From the NCBI GenBank assembly GCA_001179505.1, contig CDMY01000748.1, forward strand, positions 124,001 through 188,000: a DNA stretch of 64,000 bases. The letters run 5' to 3'. The notes under the pieces were generated by a model, which was not told where the DNA came from, searched no databases, and saw only the letters and a program-made list of their open reading frames with translations. Below, piece after piece: positions 47,701 to 61,864 of this stretch. Made by a program: the position numbers and the translations under genes. The first letter of the stretch is position 1, and every line of letters begins with the position of its first letter. This DNA is from Vitrella brassicaformis CCMP3155 (taxonomy: Eukaryota; Protista; Chromerida).

Positions 47701-50700
47701 GTGGGCACGTGTGGGGGCGAGGGGGGCTCCGGCCGCTTCTTTCTGGGGGCCAGAAGTGACGTCAACGGATGTGCCTCCGTCTCTGTTTCTGCCGCTGTCT
47801 CCAGCAGCTGCCTCCTCTCCCTGGGTGGGACAATCTGCACCCGCTCACGCGCCTGCTCACGCAGACCGACGCCGCCGGTGCCCATGCCCACCCCAGCCGC
47901 GTCGTAGGCATCAGGAGGCGGCAGTCGGTGGCCTCTGAGGGGCAGCGGCGAGGGCTCGTGATGGTGCTCATGACGGTCGGGAAGGTCGGGGTATGTTGGC
48001 GGTGCGGGGCCCTCAAAGGTCGGCGCCACGTTCGGCTGGCTCTCCCGCGCGCCCAGGCTGAAGAAGTCCTGCGCGAGGCGGCCGTGGTCCTGACGGCGCT
48101 CCTGGTGCTCCTGCATGTCTGCTGGGTGTATGTCTGGGTGCTGTTGGTCGAGTGGGTCGATGAGCTGCTCTTGTTGTCCGAAGCCGGAGATCTGCTGGAT
48201 GATGGGCGAAGCACCCGCTGCTGCGATGGGTGTGTGGATGGGCGAGGGGGGGCGGACGTCGGACCAGTCGATGTGCCGGAGCATGTCGTACTTGGTGAAG
48301 TGCTCCACCCAGAAGCTGACACACATGGTGAAGAGGGAGAGAGAGAGAGGGAGGGAGGTGACACACAAGTGTGTGTGGTGTCGGAGGAGTCGCTTGCTTA
48401 CTGCCACTCCAGTTGGTCGACGTTGAGGTTGATGAAGTGTGCCGCGGGCACCCGCTCAGTCGCCACACGGATGCGCTCACCCTGACGCAGCAAAACCCGA
48501 CACCATCACAAAACGACACGCAATGCACCCAGCCGGCCGGCCATGTGTGTGTCCCCTCCCCCTCCCTGTCCCCTCCCCGCCAGCGCTGCTTGCCGCTCTC
48601 TCACGCCAATTGTCGAACTGCCGCTTCAAACTGACACAAAACGCAGAGCGAGAGGCATCCAGCCACACCACACGAATCAAACCACACGCACAATGGCTGA
48701 CCTCGCAAAGTTCTCCTGCATGTCCACTCCCAGCTTGAGCATGACCTCGCACCGCTTGTTGAGCTTGCTGCCCACCTCCGGCTTGGTGGCCTCGTTGGGG
48801 TACACCTCAATGTAGCCCTGCTCCAGCTTGACGTCCCTGTCGAGGTTGACCTGGCGCATGTCGGTGCGCCCTGGCCACCTGGCCTCGCCCACCCCGCCCC
48901 GCCGGATGGTGAAGTCCTGCACAGACGCCAGCTCCTGCTCCGTCATCTCGCGCATCGACTCGATGGACGGGGTGCAGCTGTACTCCATATTTGACAGAGT
49001 CGGCACCAAGGACGGCGCCACCCTCTCCCTCACCATCACCATACCAGCACCCCCAACACCCTCAGACGCCCCCGTGCCGCCGCCCTCACTGCCAGGGAGC
49101 CGGGAGGCCCTCGGCACGACCAAACTCCTCGTCGAGTCTCCGGTCACTGGCGAGCTGGCGATGCTCGAATCAGGCTGCGCCGATGGCTGTGGCGATGGCT
49201 GTGGTGTGGAGGGGCGGAGGTAGCCGACGCCGCCTGACGGTGGTTGCTGTGCGCTGGTGTCCTCCAGGTCGCGTGCGAGGCGGCTGGGGTTCTGTGGGAG
49301 GGAGGCGGAATCGTCCTCGGCACCTGATGGATAGGGAGGAAGGGAAGCGGGGGACACAGGTGAACAAGTGACTGACACGTGTGGTTGGTTGTGTGTGGGC
49401 GTGGGTGCGTGTGGTCGCATACCGAGCTCCTGTCCCCTCGGGCGCGACCGACCGACGGGCTCACGGTAGCCTGAAGGAGAGCAAGGAGAAGCGCAGAGGT
49501 GACAGGAAGGCCGACGTGTGTGTGTCCGCCAGCTCAGCTTCTCCAAGGTGGTTTGGCTTACTGAGCAGGCCGCGTCGCCCCAAGAGGTCCTGTGCAGTGT
49601 ACCGTCGAGCGGGCGGCGCAGGCGCAAGCCGCCGCGGAACTGCTAACGCACCTGACACCACACGACATACGAACATTTCCTGGCGTCTCTCTCTGCTGCT
49701 GCCACGGTTTCTGACGCACTTTGTTCCACAGCCGGTGGGAGCGCGAATGCAGCCCGTCCAGTGGTTGCAGCAGCAGTGGCGACGGGCCTGCGCCTGATGT
49801 GCTGGGGCAGTGGGCGCCACATGTAAAGCGCTGACGTGGTGGACGGGGCGGACGACTTGGGCAGCAGGATGCCGGAGGGGGGAGGGGGGCGCATCTCGAG
49901 AGACGACGTCGCGCCGAGGCTGGGCGCTGGTGAGACGCATCACGCCACACACACGGATGGAAACCGAGAAATCAGGCCAGTAGATGACGGGTGTGTGTGA
50001 TGGTGCATTAGGACTTTACCTGTGAGGATGGGTGCGACGAGCTGCTGCGTACTGACGGGAGCAAACAGGGCGCCCGGTTGGCTGCACAGGAAGGGAGGGC
50101 AGAGCAACACACACACCAGAGAGAGGACACACTTGAGTGCAACACGCCTCCCCTCCCCTCCCCCATATAGGATGTGCATCACTCACTGCCTCCCTACCCC
50201 ATTTGCTGCTGCTGCTGCTGTTGCTGTCCGAAGAGGCTGCCTTGTGGCTGTGAGAGCGACGGCTGGCTGAACAGACCACCACCAGTGTTGCCGAACAGAC
50301 CGCCCCCCGCTGTGCCTGTGGTGCCTGATACACAGACAAAAGGATGAGGGAGTGTGTGCGGGGTCTGTCGGAGGGAGGGAGGGTGGCTGAGTGCCGCCCG
50401 CCCCATGTGTGTACCTACCTCCGAAAAGCCCGCCTGAGGTGGTGCTCCCGAACAGGCCGCCGGCAGGGGCGGCACCTGCACACAATACACAACAATCCAA
50501 TCCACCAACAGCACATATCTGCATGAGCACTATGACGCTCTCTCTTTCTGTATATATCTCGCTCCCCTCCGTCATCCCTCCCTCATATATCCTACCGAAG
50601 AGCCCTCCAGTGCTCGCCGGCTGCGCCCCAAAGAGACCTCCTGTCTGTGCGGGCCCAAACAGCCCGCCAGCCTGCTGCTGGCCCGTGTTGCCGAACAGAC

Positions 50701-52039
50701 TGGTTCCTGTCTGGGCGCCGCCGAACAGCCCACCAGTGGGCTGCGCTGCGCCAAATGCCGGTGTGGTTTGGCCGAAGAGGCCGCCAGCCGTCTGTGTGGT
50801 GGAGCCGAACAGGCCGCCCGTCTGCGGCTGTCCGAAACCGCCGAAGCCTGGCGGGCAGAGACAGAGGGGGAGGGAGAAGGAAAGGCATTTGTGTTTTTGT
50901 TCGTTGTGGGTCGGATGGGGTGTGGTGTGGTGTGGTGTGTGGGGTGAGTGAGAGTACTTGGTGTTGGCTGTGAGCTGCCGAAGAGGCCGCCGGTCTGGGC
51001 GGCACCGCTCGACGCAGAGGCACCGAACAGACCGCCTGGTTGTCAATAATCACAAAATGAAAGGAAACAATGCCGCACCGCAGCTCTCTGTGTGTGTCAT
51101 AAGCGCATGTGTTTCTCACCTCCAGCGGCCGGTGCAGGTGTGGATCCGAAGAGGCCGCCCCCCGTGCCGGGCGCGCCGAACAAACTGCTGCCCGTCTGCT
51201 GCTGACCAAACAAACCGCCACCTGTCGATGTCCCACCTGACACGCACGGACATATCACACCCCACACCACACCAAATCATACCCCACACCACACCAAAGT
51301 CAACCAACAGGCCCATCCAACCGACTGGTACCTCCCTCCCCTCTAGAGACTGCTTGCCTACCGAATCCCGTGGTGGTGGCGCCTCCTCCGAATAGCCCTC
51401 CCGTCTGCTGTGGCTGCTGCTGCCCGAAGAGACCTCCGCCGGCAGGCTGCTGTTGGGGCTGCCCGAAGGCAGAGGTAGACTGCCCGAAGAGGCCTCCGGT
51501 GGTTGTCGACCCGAACAGGCCTCCGCCCGTCTGTGCGGCGCTGGACTGGCCGAACAGACCACCGCCGCCACCAGTGGCTGCGAGACGAGAGGGAAGATAG
51601 ATACGAGACGTGTGTGCGTTGTGTTGTGTTGGTGTGTTGCAAGCGTGTCGCTGGTCTAATTACTTCCAAAGACGCCTCCGGATTGTGGGGCCTGGCCGAA
51701 GAGGCTGCCTGACGTGGTGGTGCCACCGCCAAACAGACCACCTGCACACAGCACACACACACACAGGAGAGTGTTTTGGTGTGCACTGAATGAGCATGTG
51801 GGCGACTGACCTCCTGACGAGGCGGCCGCTCCCCCGAACAAGCCGCCTGTGCTAGGGGCAGCCGCACCTAACACACATACACGCATACACATACAGAGAG
51901 AGAGAGACGACAAGCAAGGAACGCCATCCATCCGTCCATCCATCCATGCATGGGTGTGCCGGTGGGTGGCTCACTCTGTCCGAACCCTCCTGACGCTGCC
52001 CCGAACATGCCGCCTCCGCCGAAACCACCTGTGGGTGCT

Positions 52040-52087
<48 letters not shown>

Positions 52088-52255
52088 TGGGCCCAGATGG
52101 ATGGACACATGCGCGTGTGTCATTTCATCTATGTCAACAACGTACCTGATTGTGCAGTGGTGCGGCCAACAGAGTAATCCTCAAACCGAAGCTCCTCTAA
52201 AGACTGCACACACAGCACAACACAACACAACACAACACAACACAGACACACACAT

Positions 52256-52289
<34 letters not shown>

Positions 52290-53487
52290 TAGAGTAGAGA
52301 GATGACACACATCATCATGGCAAGGCATGGGATGGCACCAATCAGGTGTGTGGGGTGTGGTGTGGTGGCTGAGTAGCCCACCACCTTGCCCTTCCCCTTC
52401 CCACCCACCCACCCACCCACCCACATACGTACGCACCTTATTCTTGTACTCGTCCATGGCAGCGATGTGCTGGTGAGTGGCCTTGGCGTCACCCTGGTCC
52501 CGGATGAGCCGCAGCTTAACCGTCGTGCCCTGAGCCGCCTGCACTCCTACAACACCCACTGACGTCACAATTGCAATGAGTGAGAGAGATAGAGAGAGAA
52601 AGACAGACAGGTGAAGATGACCCACACAGTGTTTCTGTTGTTGTCGGTGCTTACGTCCTCCAAAGGCTGGTTGTGCCGGCTGTGCGCCAAAGAGTCCGCC
52701 AGTTTGGGCGGGCTGACTCGGCTGCCCAAACAGACCTCCGCCACTGCCAGCACTGGCGCTGAACAAGGCAAACACCCCACATCACCCCATGACACCACAC
52801 ATCACACACACACACACGCACACAATCCTCATTTACCCGAATTGAGGCGTTTGCTGCTGGCCAAAGAGGCCGCTAGTGGGCTGCTGGGACTGGCCGAACA
52901 CTGCACACACAGACACAGACACGGACACAGACACAGACACAGACAACACAGGCAGACACAGAGAGACCATCGTGAGATGGGCATCACCACACACCTGGAC
53001 AGGGCGTGTTGCGTCTACCGTACCTGGTGTGGCAGTGCCGCCGAAGAGGCCTCCCGTGGCCGCAGGCTGGCTCGCCGGCTGCTGCCCAAACAGGCCTCCC
53101 GATGGCTGTGCCGACGCGCCGAACATCCCACCTCCAGACGGCTGGGCGGCAGACTGCGCAAATACTGCATCACACACACAACACACGCAAGAGACAGCAC
53201 AACCAAGACGCCCATACACACGCATGCACCCCAGTGTTGTTCCCCCCTGAGGCTCCCTGCGACATGTGTGAGCTGCGTGTGTGCTTACGTCCTCCTCCCG
53301 TTGTTGGCGCGGCGCCGAACAGCCCTCCCGTGGCCGCAGGCTGGCTCGGCTGCCCGAACAGCCCTGTGGACGGCTGGGTGGTGCCAGTCGACTGCCCGAA
53401 GCCGCCGAACAGGCTCCCCTGCGTCTGGCCGAAGCCTGCCGGCCTCTGTGCCGAGCTGAAGGCTCCTCCTCCACCAAACAGCGACAT
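44706..53487 (-). CDS. NUP98: Nucleoporin Nup98-Nup96 precursor
   Basis: Many GLFG/SLFG repeat exons (50200-53487); a GLEBS-like HQHIAAMDEYKNK; the autopeptidase domain (YSCTPSIESM...DFTIRR.G.G...W.G..D...V.VYP....KP.VG..LNK); FWVEHFTKY cleavage motif; then a helical Nup96-like region. Confidence 0.92.
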
Positions 53488-53680
53488 GTTTGCTGCTCAA
53501 TGGCTTGTGACTGGATGGAGCTCACACACAGGGATCACGTAGCATGCATCTTGCGATATGGTGCAGCTGTGTCAACATCCACATGTGGTTAGAGCAAGCT
53601 GAGAAAGCTTTCTTCTAGCGGCAGATTGTTGGTTGCGAAGGCTGCATTGGCTAGGTGTGGGCCTGATACATATCGCTTGG

Positions 53681-54471
53681 ATGTCGCGTTTCGAGACCCC
53701 GCCGCCTCCCGCTCGCCGTGCTGACCGTGAGGACCGCCTGGCCATGCCCACCCCGGCCAGGCGCCGCCGCCAGCGGTCCAGGAACGTCACCCCGCCGCCC
53801 CAGCACCTCAGACTGACGCCAGAGCAGCTGCGGCGCCTCCTCTGGGCGCCGCTGCGACGACCGGTGCGCAATCAAAGGATGGACGGATGGATGGACGGCC
53901 AGATCTGGGCATCGGATATCATATGGATGGATGGCTGGATGGATGGATGTGTCTTGGCTGTGGTACCGTGTGGGTGGTTTGTGTGTCATGCAGGTTGGCG
54001 GTTCTCGTCTGATTGATGGTGCCGTAGAGGAGTGTGTGCGTGAGGACGAGGTGGCGAGCCATGTGGGTGATGAGGAGGACCCCCCAAAGGCCCACCTCGA
54101 CGAGGAGGCCAACGGGGCCGTTGCTGCTGCCGATGAGGAGGTGAGACCCACCACACACCGCTGTGTGTACCATTTCCGCCCATCTCTTTTCGTTGTGTGT
54201 GTATCATTATCAGGTTGTGTTGGGTGGTGTGTCGTCTGGTGCTGTGGTGGCTGCAACGCCTCCCAAGTTGGACAACACCAAGCGGCCCCGTGAGGGCCGC
54301 CGCCACCGTCGCACCTCCATCGCTGGACGCCCCACCATGGCCACTGCCGCCGACTACGTGTCGCCCTCCCCTGAGAAGCAGAAGAAGAAACACGCCAGAC
54401 GCATCACCGACCCACCGCTGCAGCTAGACACGGGAGCAGCAGCCGGCGGCAGCATGATGGAGGAAGCGTAG
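53681..54471 (+). CDS. Hypothetical low-complexity basic/acidic protein (3 exons)
   Basis: Exons 53681-53863, 53993-54140 and 54214-54471 join in frame through canonical sites. No recognisable domain. Confidence 0.55.
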
Positions 54472-55779
54472 ATACGGATAGCTAAGATAGAGAGAGGGGC
54501 AAGAGAGTTACGGATGGGCGCGTGGCTTATTGCCGATGGAGGGAGGGTGGCAGCCAGGGGAAGGGAGAGAGACGCCGATAGATGGCATGGACAGGCAGGG
54601 CAGGCAGGTAGACAGACCGATAGCCCGGCGGACTTGACTTGCCTGCGCGGCTGTGCGTGTATCTGTGTCTGTGTTGCCACACGACACACTGACACAGCCG
54701 CCTATTTTTTCTCACCCCCACTCCCTCCCTCGCATCGTGATGACTGTGATAGCTAAGTGCATGTAATCCGTGCATTTCCACACCTACGTGATGCCCGTGT
54801 GTGCGGTGCCTGCCTGCGTGAAGACAGAGAGAGGAAGACAGAATCCTGGTCGGTCCGCCGCAAGGGCCAGGCCGCGGGAGGGCGTCTCATTCCTCTCTCC
54901 TTCTCTCTCTCCGATGTGTGTAATTGGGTGCATGTAATCCATGCGTTGCCACACCGTCACGTCATGCCGATTGTCTGTGTGTGCCTTGCCTTGCCTGCTG
55001 TCATTTCCCACCTCTCTCTCTGGCTTTTCTGAATGGTTCCATCTGTGTGTGGTTTGGTGTGAGGGGGAGAAACGCGACTGTGTGAGTGCGCGTGTGTGCG
55101 TGTGTTTGTTTGCTTGTGTGTTCGGCTGATACGATCCATGTGTGTTGATTGACAAGGCGGTCTGTGTGTCCTTTCCTTAAGGCACGTGCATCCACCCCAC
55201 CCCTCACTGACGCTACGCCTGTACCCACCTAGCCAACCAATACACACTCAGCCAGCCAGTCGCCGATAATGTCTCACTCACCGACAGATATCATCTCATC
55301 GCACGACAAAGAGGGCAGCACCGCATGCTCATGCTCATGCTCACTCAGCACCGATGACGCGCACCCACCCACCCACCCACCAGCCAGGGCAGGCAGGCAG
55401 GCAGGCCCACATCACGCACACACACGCAAAACCGTGGGCAGGTCATTCGCCCACCTACGGCCATCCATCCATCCATCCAAGCGCCCCTTTGACCCGCTTC
55501 CGTGCATGCGCAAAACACAACACACATTCAAAGGAGCCAGTAGATGACGCGCCCGAAACGAAGAATAAGACCATCGTACTTACAGACACAAATAGCCATC
55601 GCCACCGCCACCGTACGGTCACACACACACAGAGAGAGCCACCCAGACACACAAAGAGAGACAGATGCATGCCTGCCTGCCGAGCCAATCGATCGGTCAG
55701 TCAATCAATTAGGCCAGGTAGCTACGCTTTGCTTGGCTGGCACCGCGGCACACACACACACACACACATACACATGAAT

Positions 55780-56079
55780 NNNNNNNNNNNNNNNNNNNNN
55801 NNNNNNNNNNNNNNNNNNNNNNNNNNNNNNNNNNNNNNNNNNNNNNNNNNNNNNNNNNNNNNNNNNNNNNNNNNNNNNNNNNNNNNNNNNNNNNNNNNNN
55901 NNNNNNNNNNNNNNNNNNNNNNNNNNNNNNNNNNNNNNNNNNNNNNNNNNNNNNNNNNNNNNNNNNNNNNNNNNNNNNNNNNNNNNNNNNNNNNNNNNNN
56001 NNNNNNNNNNNNNNNNNNNNNNNNNNNNNNNNNNNNNNNNNNNNNNNNNNNNNNNNNNNNNNNNNNNNNNNNNNNNNNN
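55780..56079. other. Assembly gap (300 N) followed by a G-run
   Basis: Run of N in the sequence. Confidence 0.98.
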
Positions 56080-57033
56080 GGGGGGGGGTCGGGCCGGATC
56101 TCGTTCTTGTCTGGTGTGGTGTGGTGTGGTGTGTTTTGGCGTGCTGGTGCAGCTGTCTCTCTACGTCTGTATGTCTATATCTGTCTGTCTGTGTGTCTGT
56201 CCGAGTGCCTGGATGCATCATCTCATCAGTCGGTCGGTACGATTGCCCGTGTGTGTGGTGTGACCGCAGTACGTGCCATACGAACATTAGACAACAACAA
56301 CAACAACAAGACCAAGAGAAAGACAAACACACACAGGAATGGACCCACACGGACACACACATGCACGATAGAAGAGAGGGTCGCACAAAAATCGCCTGAG
56401 AGAGAGAGTGGGAGGGAGGGAGGGAGGGAGGGAGAGACGGAGGGAGAGAGGGAGGGACAGGGGGAGAGGGGGCGGACAGACGGGCCACTGCCATACATGT
56501 GTGGGTGAATGTTTGTACCAGCCAATCGAGTACACTGACACAAATAAACAAGCGGGACAGCCACGCACAGAGGCAGATAGATAACAGGGCACACTGGCTC
56601 GTCCGTCCATCAGCAGAAATAACGTCAGCAGGCAGGAAACGCAGCCAGTCAGTCAGCTCGACAGGCAGCTAGGAAGGCAGATCAGATCGAGGGCTTCCGC
56701 GACTCGAGGACCGGCAGCTACGTACTTACGTATGTGTGGATGATATACACATGTGCATAAAGCGAGCGAAGCGCCCCATCCCATGGGGTCTATAAAAACG
56801 TCCCCCCCCGCTCCCAACCCCCTCCCCTCCCCCTTCCCCTCCACCCCTCGGCCCCTCTTGAATGACTCGTCTGGTGGCTAACGGTACGATTCCCACACTC
56901 ATACGTGGCCAGCCAGCCAGCCAGGCACTTTACAAACAACAAAACTCCGCCATCGCCCTCTTTACCTGCAATCCCGTCCTAGTAGTCATTACACACATCT
57001 CACACACCCCAATCCAATCCTCCCGTCTCCCCT

Positions 57034-57865
57034 CTAGAAGATCTGTCTGAGCCGCAGCTCATAGTACCCGGCCACCCTCTCGCCCGTCATCTCCTTGTAG
57101 AGCTCGTCAGGGATGGTGATTCGTCTCACCTCCCCCACACCCATCATCAGCAGCGCCTCCAGAATGATAGAGATCACCGGGTTGCTCTGCGGGAAGGATA
57201 TCGTCCGCATCAGGCCGCGGTAGTCGAACACGATCTCGTGGCCGTCGAAGCTGTCCCGCAGCACCGTCCAGTCGTATTTGACGCGCTGCCCGACCTTCGG
57301 GCTCGGCCCGACCCCCATCTGCAGCACCTCTGTCGACACGCCAAGCCGCTCCAGGACGATGGACGAGGGCGAGTGCTGCCCACCGCCACCAGCGTCGCCG
57401 CCGTCGGCTGGCACTGCGGTCATGTGTGTGAGGGTGGGGACGGTGGGGAGGGGGCAGGAGTTGGTGTGAGTGTCGTCCGACGACCGGACGAACCTCTCCT
57501 CGTGTGAGTGGGAGATGGTCGAGTGGGTGGGGGCGTGGATGGGGGACGAGGCGTGCTCCGCCACCGCGACGGGCCGCCGCAACGTCAGGGCGCTGCCCGC
57601 ACTACACACACACACACACACACAAGATGGTGGAAACAGAGATACCAGCGGCCAGATCTGTGTGGCACGTTATATATCTGAGCCACCTGGCGATTCGGCC
57701 GACACTGACGTCGGCAAAGAAGACAATGCGGGAGTAGTCCTGCACCCGCAGCGGCCGCCGCTCCTCCCCGTTCTTGAGGTGGATCAGCACCTCGAACCCG
57801 CCCCTCCCGTCGGAATACACGTTTCTGCCCTCGAACAGGCCCACCACCTTGTCCTCTTCAGCCAT
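57034..57865 (-). CDS. Family gene 6: VGxFEGR domain + FKBP-like domain
   Basis: Exon 1 (57865-57687) encodes MAEEDKVVGLFEGRNVYSDGRGG..., followed by a phase-2 intron. Exon 2 (57601-57034) encodes GVSTEVLQMGVGPSPKVGQRVKYDW...DSFDG...EALLMMGVGEVRRITIP...YYELRLRQIF*. Confidence 0.8.
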
Positions 57866-58307
57866 TGCCCTCGTTGTCACGCCGCCTCGCGCAATCTTGC
57901 CTGTCAGGTCAGGGCGCGTGTCGCTGCTTCACACGCAGCGACAAGACAACTCCGTCGTCTCTCGTTCTGCCTCTTGCGGTCTCGTGAAAGGGGAAGATCT
58001 GATTTGACGTCTGCAGGGTCGTTGTGACCTTCTGTCGTCCTCTCCCTCTCTAAGCTCGCAAATGCGGTGGATCGCGGGGCTGAGAAAGCTCGTCGACGCT
58101 GTCTTGGGGGTGTGTGCCTGCCGGGTGGGGTGCCCCTACTCCTTTTAAATCCACCGGATCTCTTTGCCCTCGTGCATCTCTCGCCCCTCTCTCTCTCCCT
58201 CTGTGACTCTCTCTCTTTGCTTTGACTGCCTGGCCTCGCTGGCCCGAGCAAGCGCTTTCTTGTCGACAGACCTGGCCGACCACCCCGCACCTCAGCTCGT
58301 GTGGCGG

Positions 58308-60037
58308 ATGCATGCGGATCTCCCTGGTGGTCAGCGGCCCGTCGACTCGCTATCGCACATCGCACTGTTGAGGGTGAGGGTGGTTGGCTGACCGACTGGT
58401 TGAGGTGAAGACACGCAGCCCTCGTTGATGGACGTAGGCGACACACTCACACAAGCAGCGGAAAGCCACACCGGGACATAGGGGATGGCGCATGCACCAT
58501 ACCGCTTGTTTGTGTGGTTGTTGTGTGTGTCTTGTGTGTCGTTCGTCAGGACTCGCTGTTGCCCTACTCGGACCAGTACAGTCTCTCCCCCCCTCCCCCC
58601 TCCCACTACCCCTACGCCCCCGCCCCAATCCCTGTGTCCTTCACGCCGGCCCCCGACGACCACACCTCCCTCTCCCTCGCCAGCTCGGCTCTATGTCACC
58701 TCCTGCAGTACGACACCTCGCCCCGCTGTGATGCTGGCCGGTGCGGTCCCAGTGGCCATGGCCATGATGCGTCATCCCTCCCCCTCCCAAACCTCGCCGC
58801 CCCACCACCCGTCATCGACGGCTACATGGGCTGCAGCTATGACGGTGTGCCGTCAGACTCGCCCCCGTTCGTGTCATTCGACCACCGCCATGAGCACCCC
58901 CACCACCCGAGTGCGGCGTCTTACACCGACTCGACGAGCAGCATGAGCGACAGCCCTTCCCCCCAACCACCCACACCAATGCCCCCGCCCTTCCCCTCGC
59001 TACCGCTTTCACCAGAAGAGACCCATTGGGGAGGCGGCTATGCGCCCGGTCCAGCGGGCAGGCCCTGCCCGTCGCCGTCGTCGGCGAGCTCGTGCTCGGG
59101 GTGTGGCGGGGAGGGGGACGGTGAGGCGGGAGGTTTTGGGGCAGAGGGAGAGGGTGAGGGGCACCTGGACGGGCGGAGGCGGAAAAAACACAAGAGGGAC
59201 GTCACTGAGGAGCACAACACGGTGAGTTAGTCGAGCAAGCAGGGAGCCATGAGGGAGGGAGGGAGGGAGGGAGACAGATCTATGAGTGGAGGGCTGCATG
59301 GTTTTTGTTTCATTTGTCTGTCTTGTGTGTGTTGGGTGTCAGGGCCGGTGGAGCGCCGAGGAGCATCGGCGGTTTGTGCAGGGGCTGCACCTCTACGGCA
59401 AGGTAAGGTACCCAGATACCTACCCTACCTTTCTATGTGACTACACCCATCCCTACTCCGTTATGTCTATCTGTGTTGTTGTGTCAACGTACCTCAGAAT
59501 TGGAAGTTAGTGGAGCAGCACGTCGGCACGCGGGCCAACAGCCAGGTGCGGAGCCACGCACAAAAGTACTTCAAGACGCCCGAAGGGTGAGCAACGGATA
59601 CCGATCAGTCAGACACAAAACACCGCACAAAAGAAACACCACCCACCCTCTCTCTGTGTCTGTCTGTCAGCCGCGAGATGAACCGCAAACTCCGATCCAG
59701 CCGTCGCTCCCTCGCCCTGCCTCCACACACACGGCGGAGTCCTTCCCCTCACCACGACCAGCACCCCGCCAGCAACAACCACACACACCCCATGACGCCC
59801 ACACGGCAGAGCAGCTCCAGCTGGCGGGACGGCGAGGCGTGGGGCGCCCCACACACGCACCCGGCGCACCCGGCGCACATGGGTGTGGATGACGCCACTG
59901 CCATTGCCGATGCGCACGCTGCCGAGGAGAGGACGCGACTCTTCAAGGCCTATGTGCGGCTGCTCGAGGAGAGGGAGAGGGAGAGGGAGAGGGAGCGGGA
60001 GCGGGAGGTCGCCCACCAGATGGCACGTGTTGTGTAG
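58308..60037 (+). CDS. SHAQKYF-class Myb transcription factor
   Basis: Spliced GRWSAEEHRRFVQGLHLYGK|NWKLVEQHVGTRANSQVRSHAQKYF. Pro-rich upstream exon; ER-repeat coiled coil at the C-terminus. The start codon is tentative. Confidence 0.9.
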
Positions 60038-60244
60038 GGAGGAAAAGAGGGGAGGGGTCCGTGTTTTGCGTCAAGAAACGGGTGCATTCCACGTGGGTCT
60101 GTCTGTGTGTGTATGGCTGCCTTGACTGATCTGTGTTGCCGTTGTTTTTGGTTCGATCCATACGTGTGGTGTGTATCCCGGGTGGCTTGGGTTGGTGTGG
60201 TTGGTTGTACCGCTGTACTGGGGCCGATTGGCTGTGTGACGGGG

Positions 60245-61257
60245 TCAGTGAGTGAAGGCATCGGACGAGGCGCTGTGTGGAGGCACTGAGCGACCAAGCC
60301 GTGTTTTGCCGCATCCAGCCACCACTGGCTCGCCGTCATTGTGAACGAGTGTGGGAAGCAGTCGGCTGCTGGCGGGTCTGTTCATGCTGCCGGTGCGGCC
60401 AGGGGTGAGGATCCCATTCGGTTCTCGCCCATTGACCGCAGCGCAGCGGGCGCAAACACGCCAGTAGGCCGACGCAGACAGACAGACAGACAGACAGCCA
60501 GGCGGCGTGCTGGATGCGGCTGCACGACAAGAAGTGTGACGGACGCTCTCCCCTTCCCTCGTGTGTGTCTGTGTCCTCTCCCTGTGTGTGGCGCCGGCGT
60601 GTGCAGCGGCTGGGCGACACAGACCTCTGGCCGCACCATGGGCAGAGAGCTGCATCACCTTGCCTTTGTAGACGCCGGCCCAGCGCACGGGAGAACTCAA
60701 ACAGACAGACCGACGGATGACGCAGAGAGGGGCGGGCCGCGGCGTTTTCGGTCTGTAAGTCTTTGGTCGTACCTCATGTGTGTGAAGACAGAGAGCGGCG
60801 GGGCGTCGTAGTGGCTGTAGATGGTCAGCTGCACGCCGAGATGCAAACACTTGTGAGTGGTTTGTGTCGTGACGTGCAGGGCATCACCAGCAGCAGCGGC
60901 CAGGTGACGGCCTCCATCTCTCTGTGTGTGTAATCGTTTTTTCATCTTTTCTACCTTACCGACGACGAGCGTAAGGCTGGACACTGCGGGCGCGGGAGTG
61001 CCCGCTTCCTTGTGGCTGGGCTGTGACTTACTGCCCGTTCTCTCTTGGGGCGGGACGATGGGGGGGTGGGGGGTGGAGATGAGGGGAAGGGTTTGAGTTG
61101 CGGGTGGTCCCTGTGTTATGCACCGCATTAATGTGACACCGCCATCAGCACCATGACAGCCGCTTGTTTGGTTTGGTGGGTGGGATCGCAGAGCTGGCTG
61201 GCGAGAGGGGGGATTTTTTGGCACTGTTGTCGTGCTTCTTGGATTGACCACACACAT
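60245..61257 (-). CDS. Possible hypothetical spliced gene
   Basis: Non-repetitive, exon-like segments (DGGRHLAAAAGDALHV...LTIYSHYDAPPLSVF; VRWAGVYKGKVMQLSAHG) separated by microsatellite tracts. No recognisable domain and no resolved model. Confidence 0.25.
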
Positions 61258-61864
61258 CCACCAGTGTGCTGATTTTCACACCTGGGCCCGTGACTTCCCG
61301 GCCTCCATGAACGGTCGCTGTAGTTACCCACTTCCCCCCTCCCACCTGTCGACCACCGATGAGTGTGCATTGCGTGGCGTGATAGTGACCTGGCTGGCGT
61401 GTCGACCGACAGTCATGCCATCCTGCCTGCCTGCCTGCCTGTGGATACCTGCCGGCCGGCCGACGCATTTTTACGTCGAAATAGACAAACGTTTTTCGTC
61501 AGATCCCCACTGACTGACTGATCGATCGACGGCCGTGTGGCTGCCTGCCGGCTGGCTGGTGTCTCCCCTGTCTGCTGGTGTGTCGCATCTCTGGCTAACT
61601 TGTCTGTCTCTGAGTCGTGTGCAATGCTGCTAGAAGTACTGCTGCACTGTTGGGTGCTGGCTCTGTTAACGATACTCGTGGGACGGGCGGGCGGGCGATT
61701 GACGGACACAGCTCAGCGAGAATGGGTGTATTCCACCGGTTGGCAAGCAGAGAGGAGAGCCAAGGAGGGGAGACGATCCGCTGATAACGCCATACAGCGA
61801 TGAGGAAAGAGTTGGGCAATGCAGGCAGGCAGACAGCAGGGCAAACAGGGCAGACCACAAGTGT

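Noticed and set aside
50183-53542. Tandem GGLFG peptide repeats as a novel repeat protein
   Set aside because: They are the ordinary GLFG/FG repeats of Nup98.
54472-57030. Long ORFs 55354-56508 and 55709-56551
   Set aside because: They span the N gap and simple repeats, so they are artefacts.
57985-58030. Possible fourth copy of the shared element upstream of gene 6 (AAGATCTGATTTGACG)
   Set aside because: Only the AGATCTGAT core matches, which is too short to support homology.
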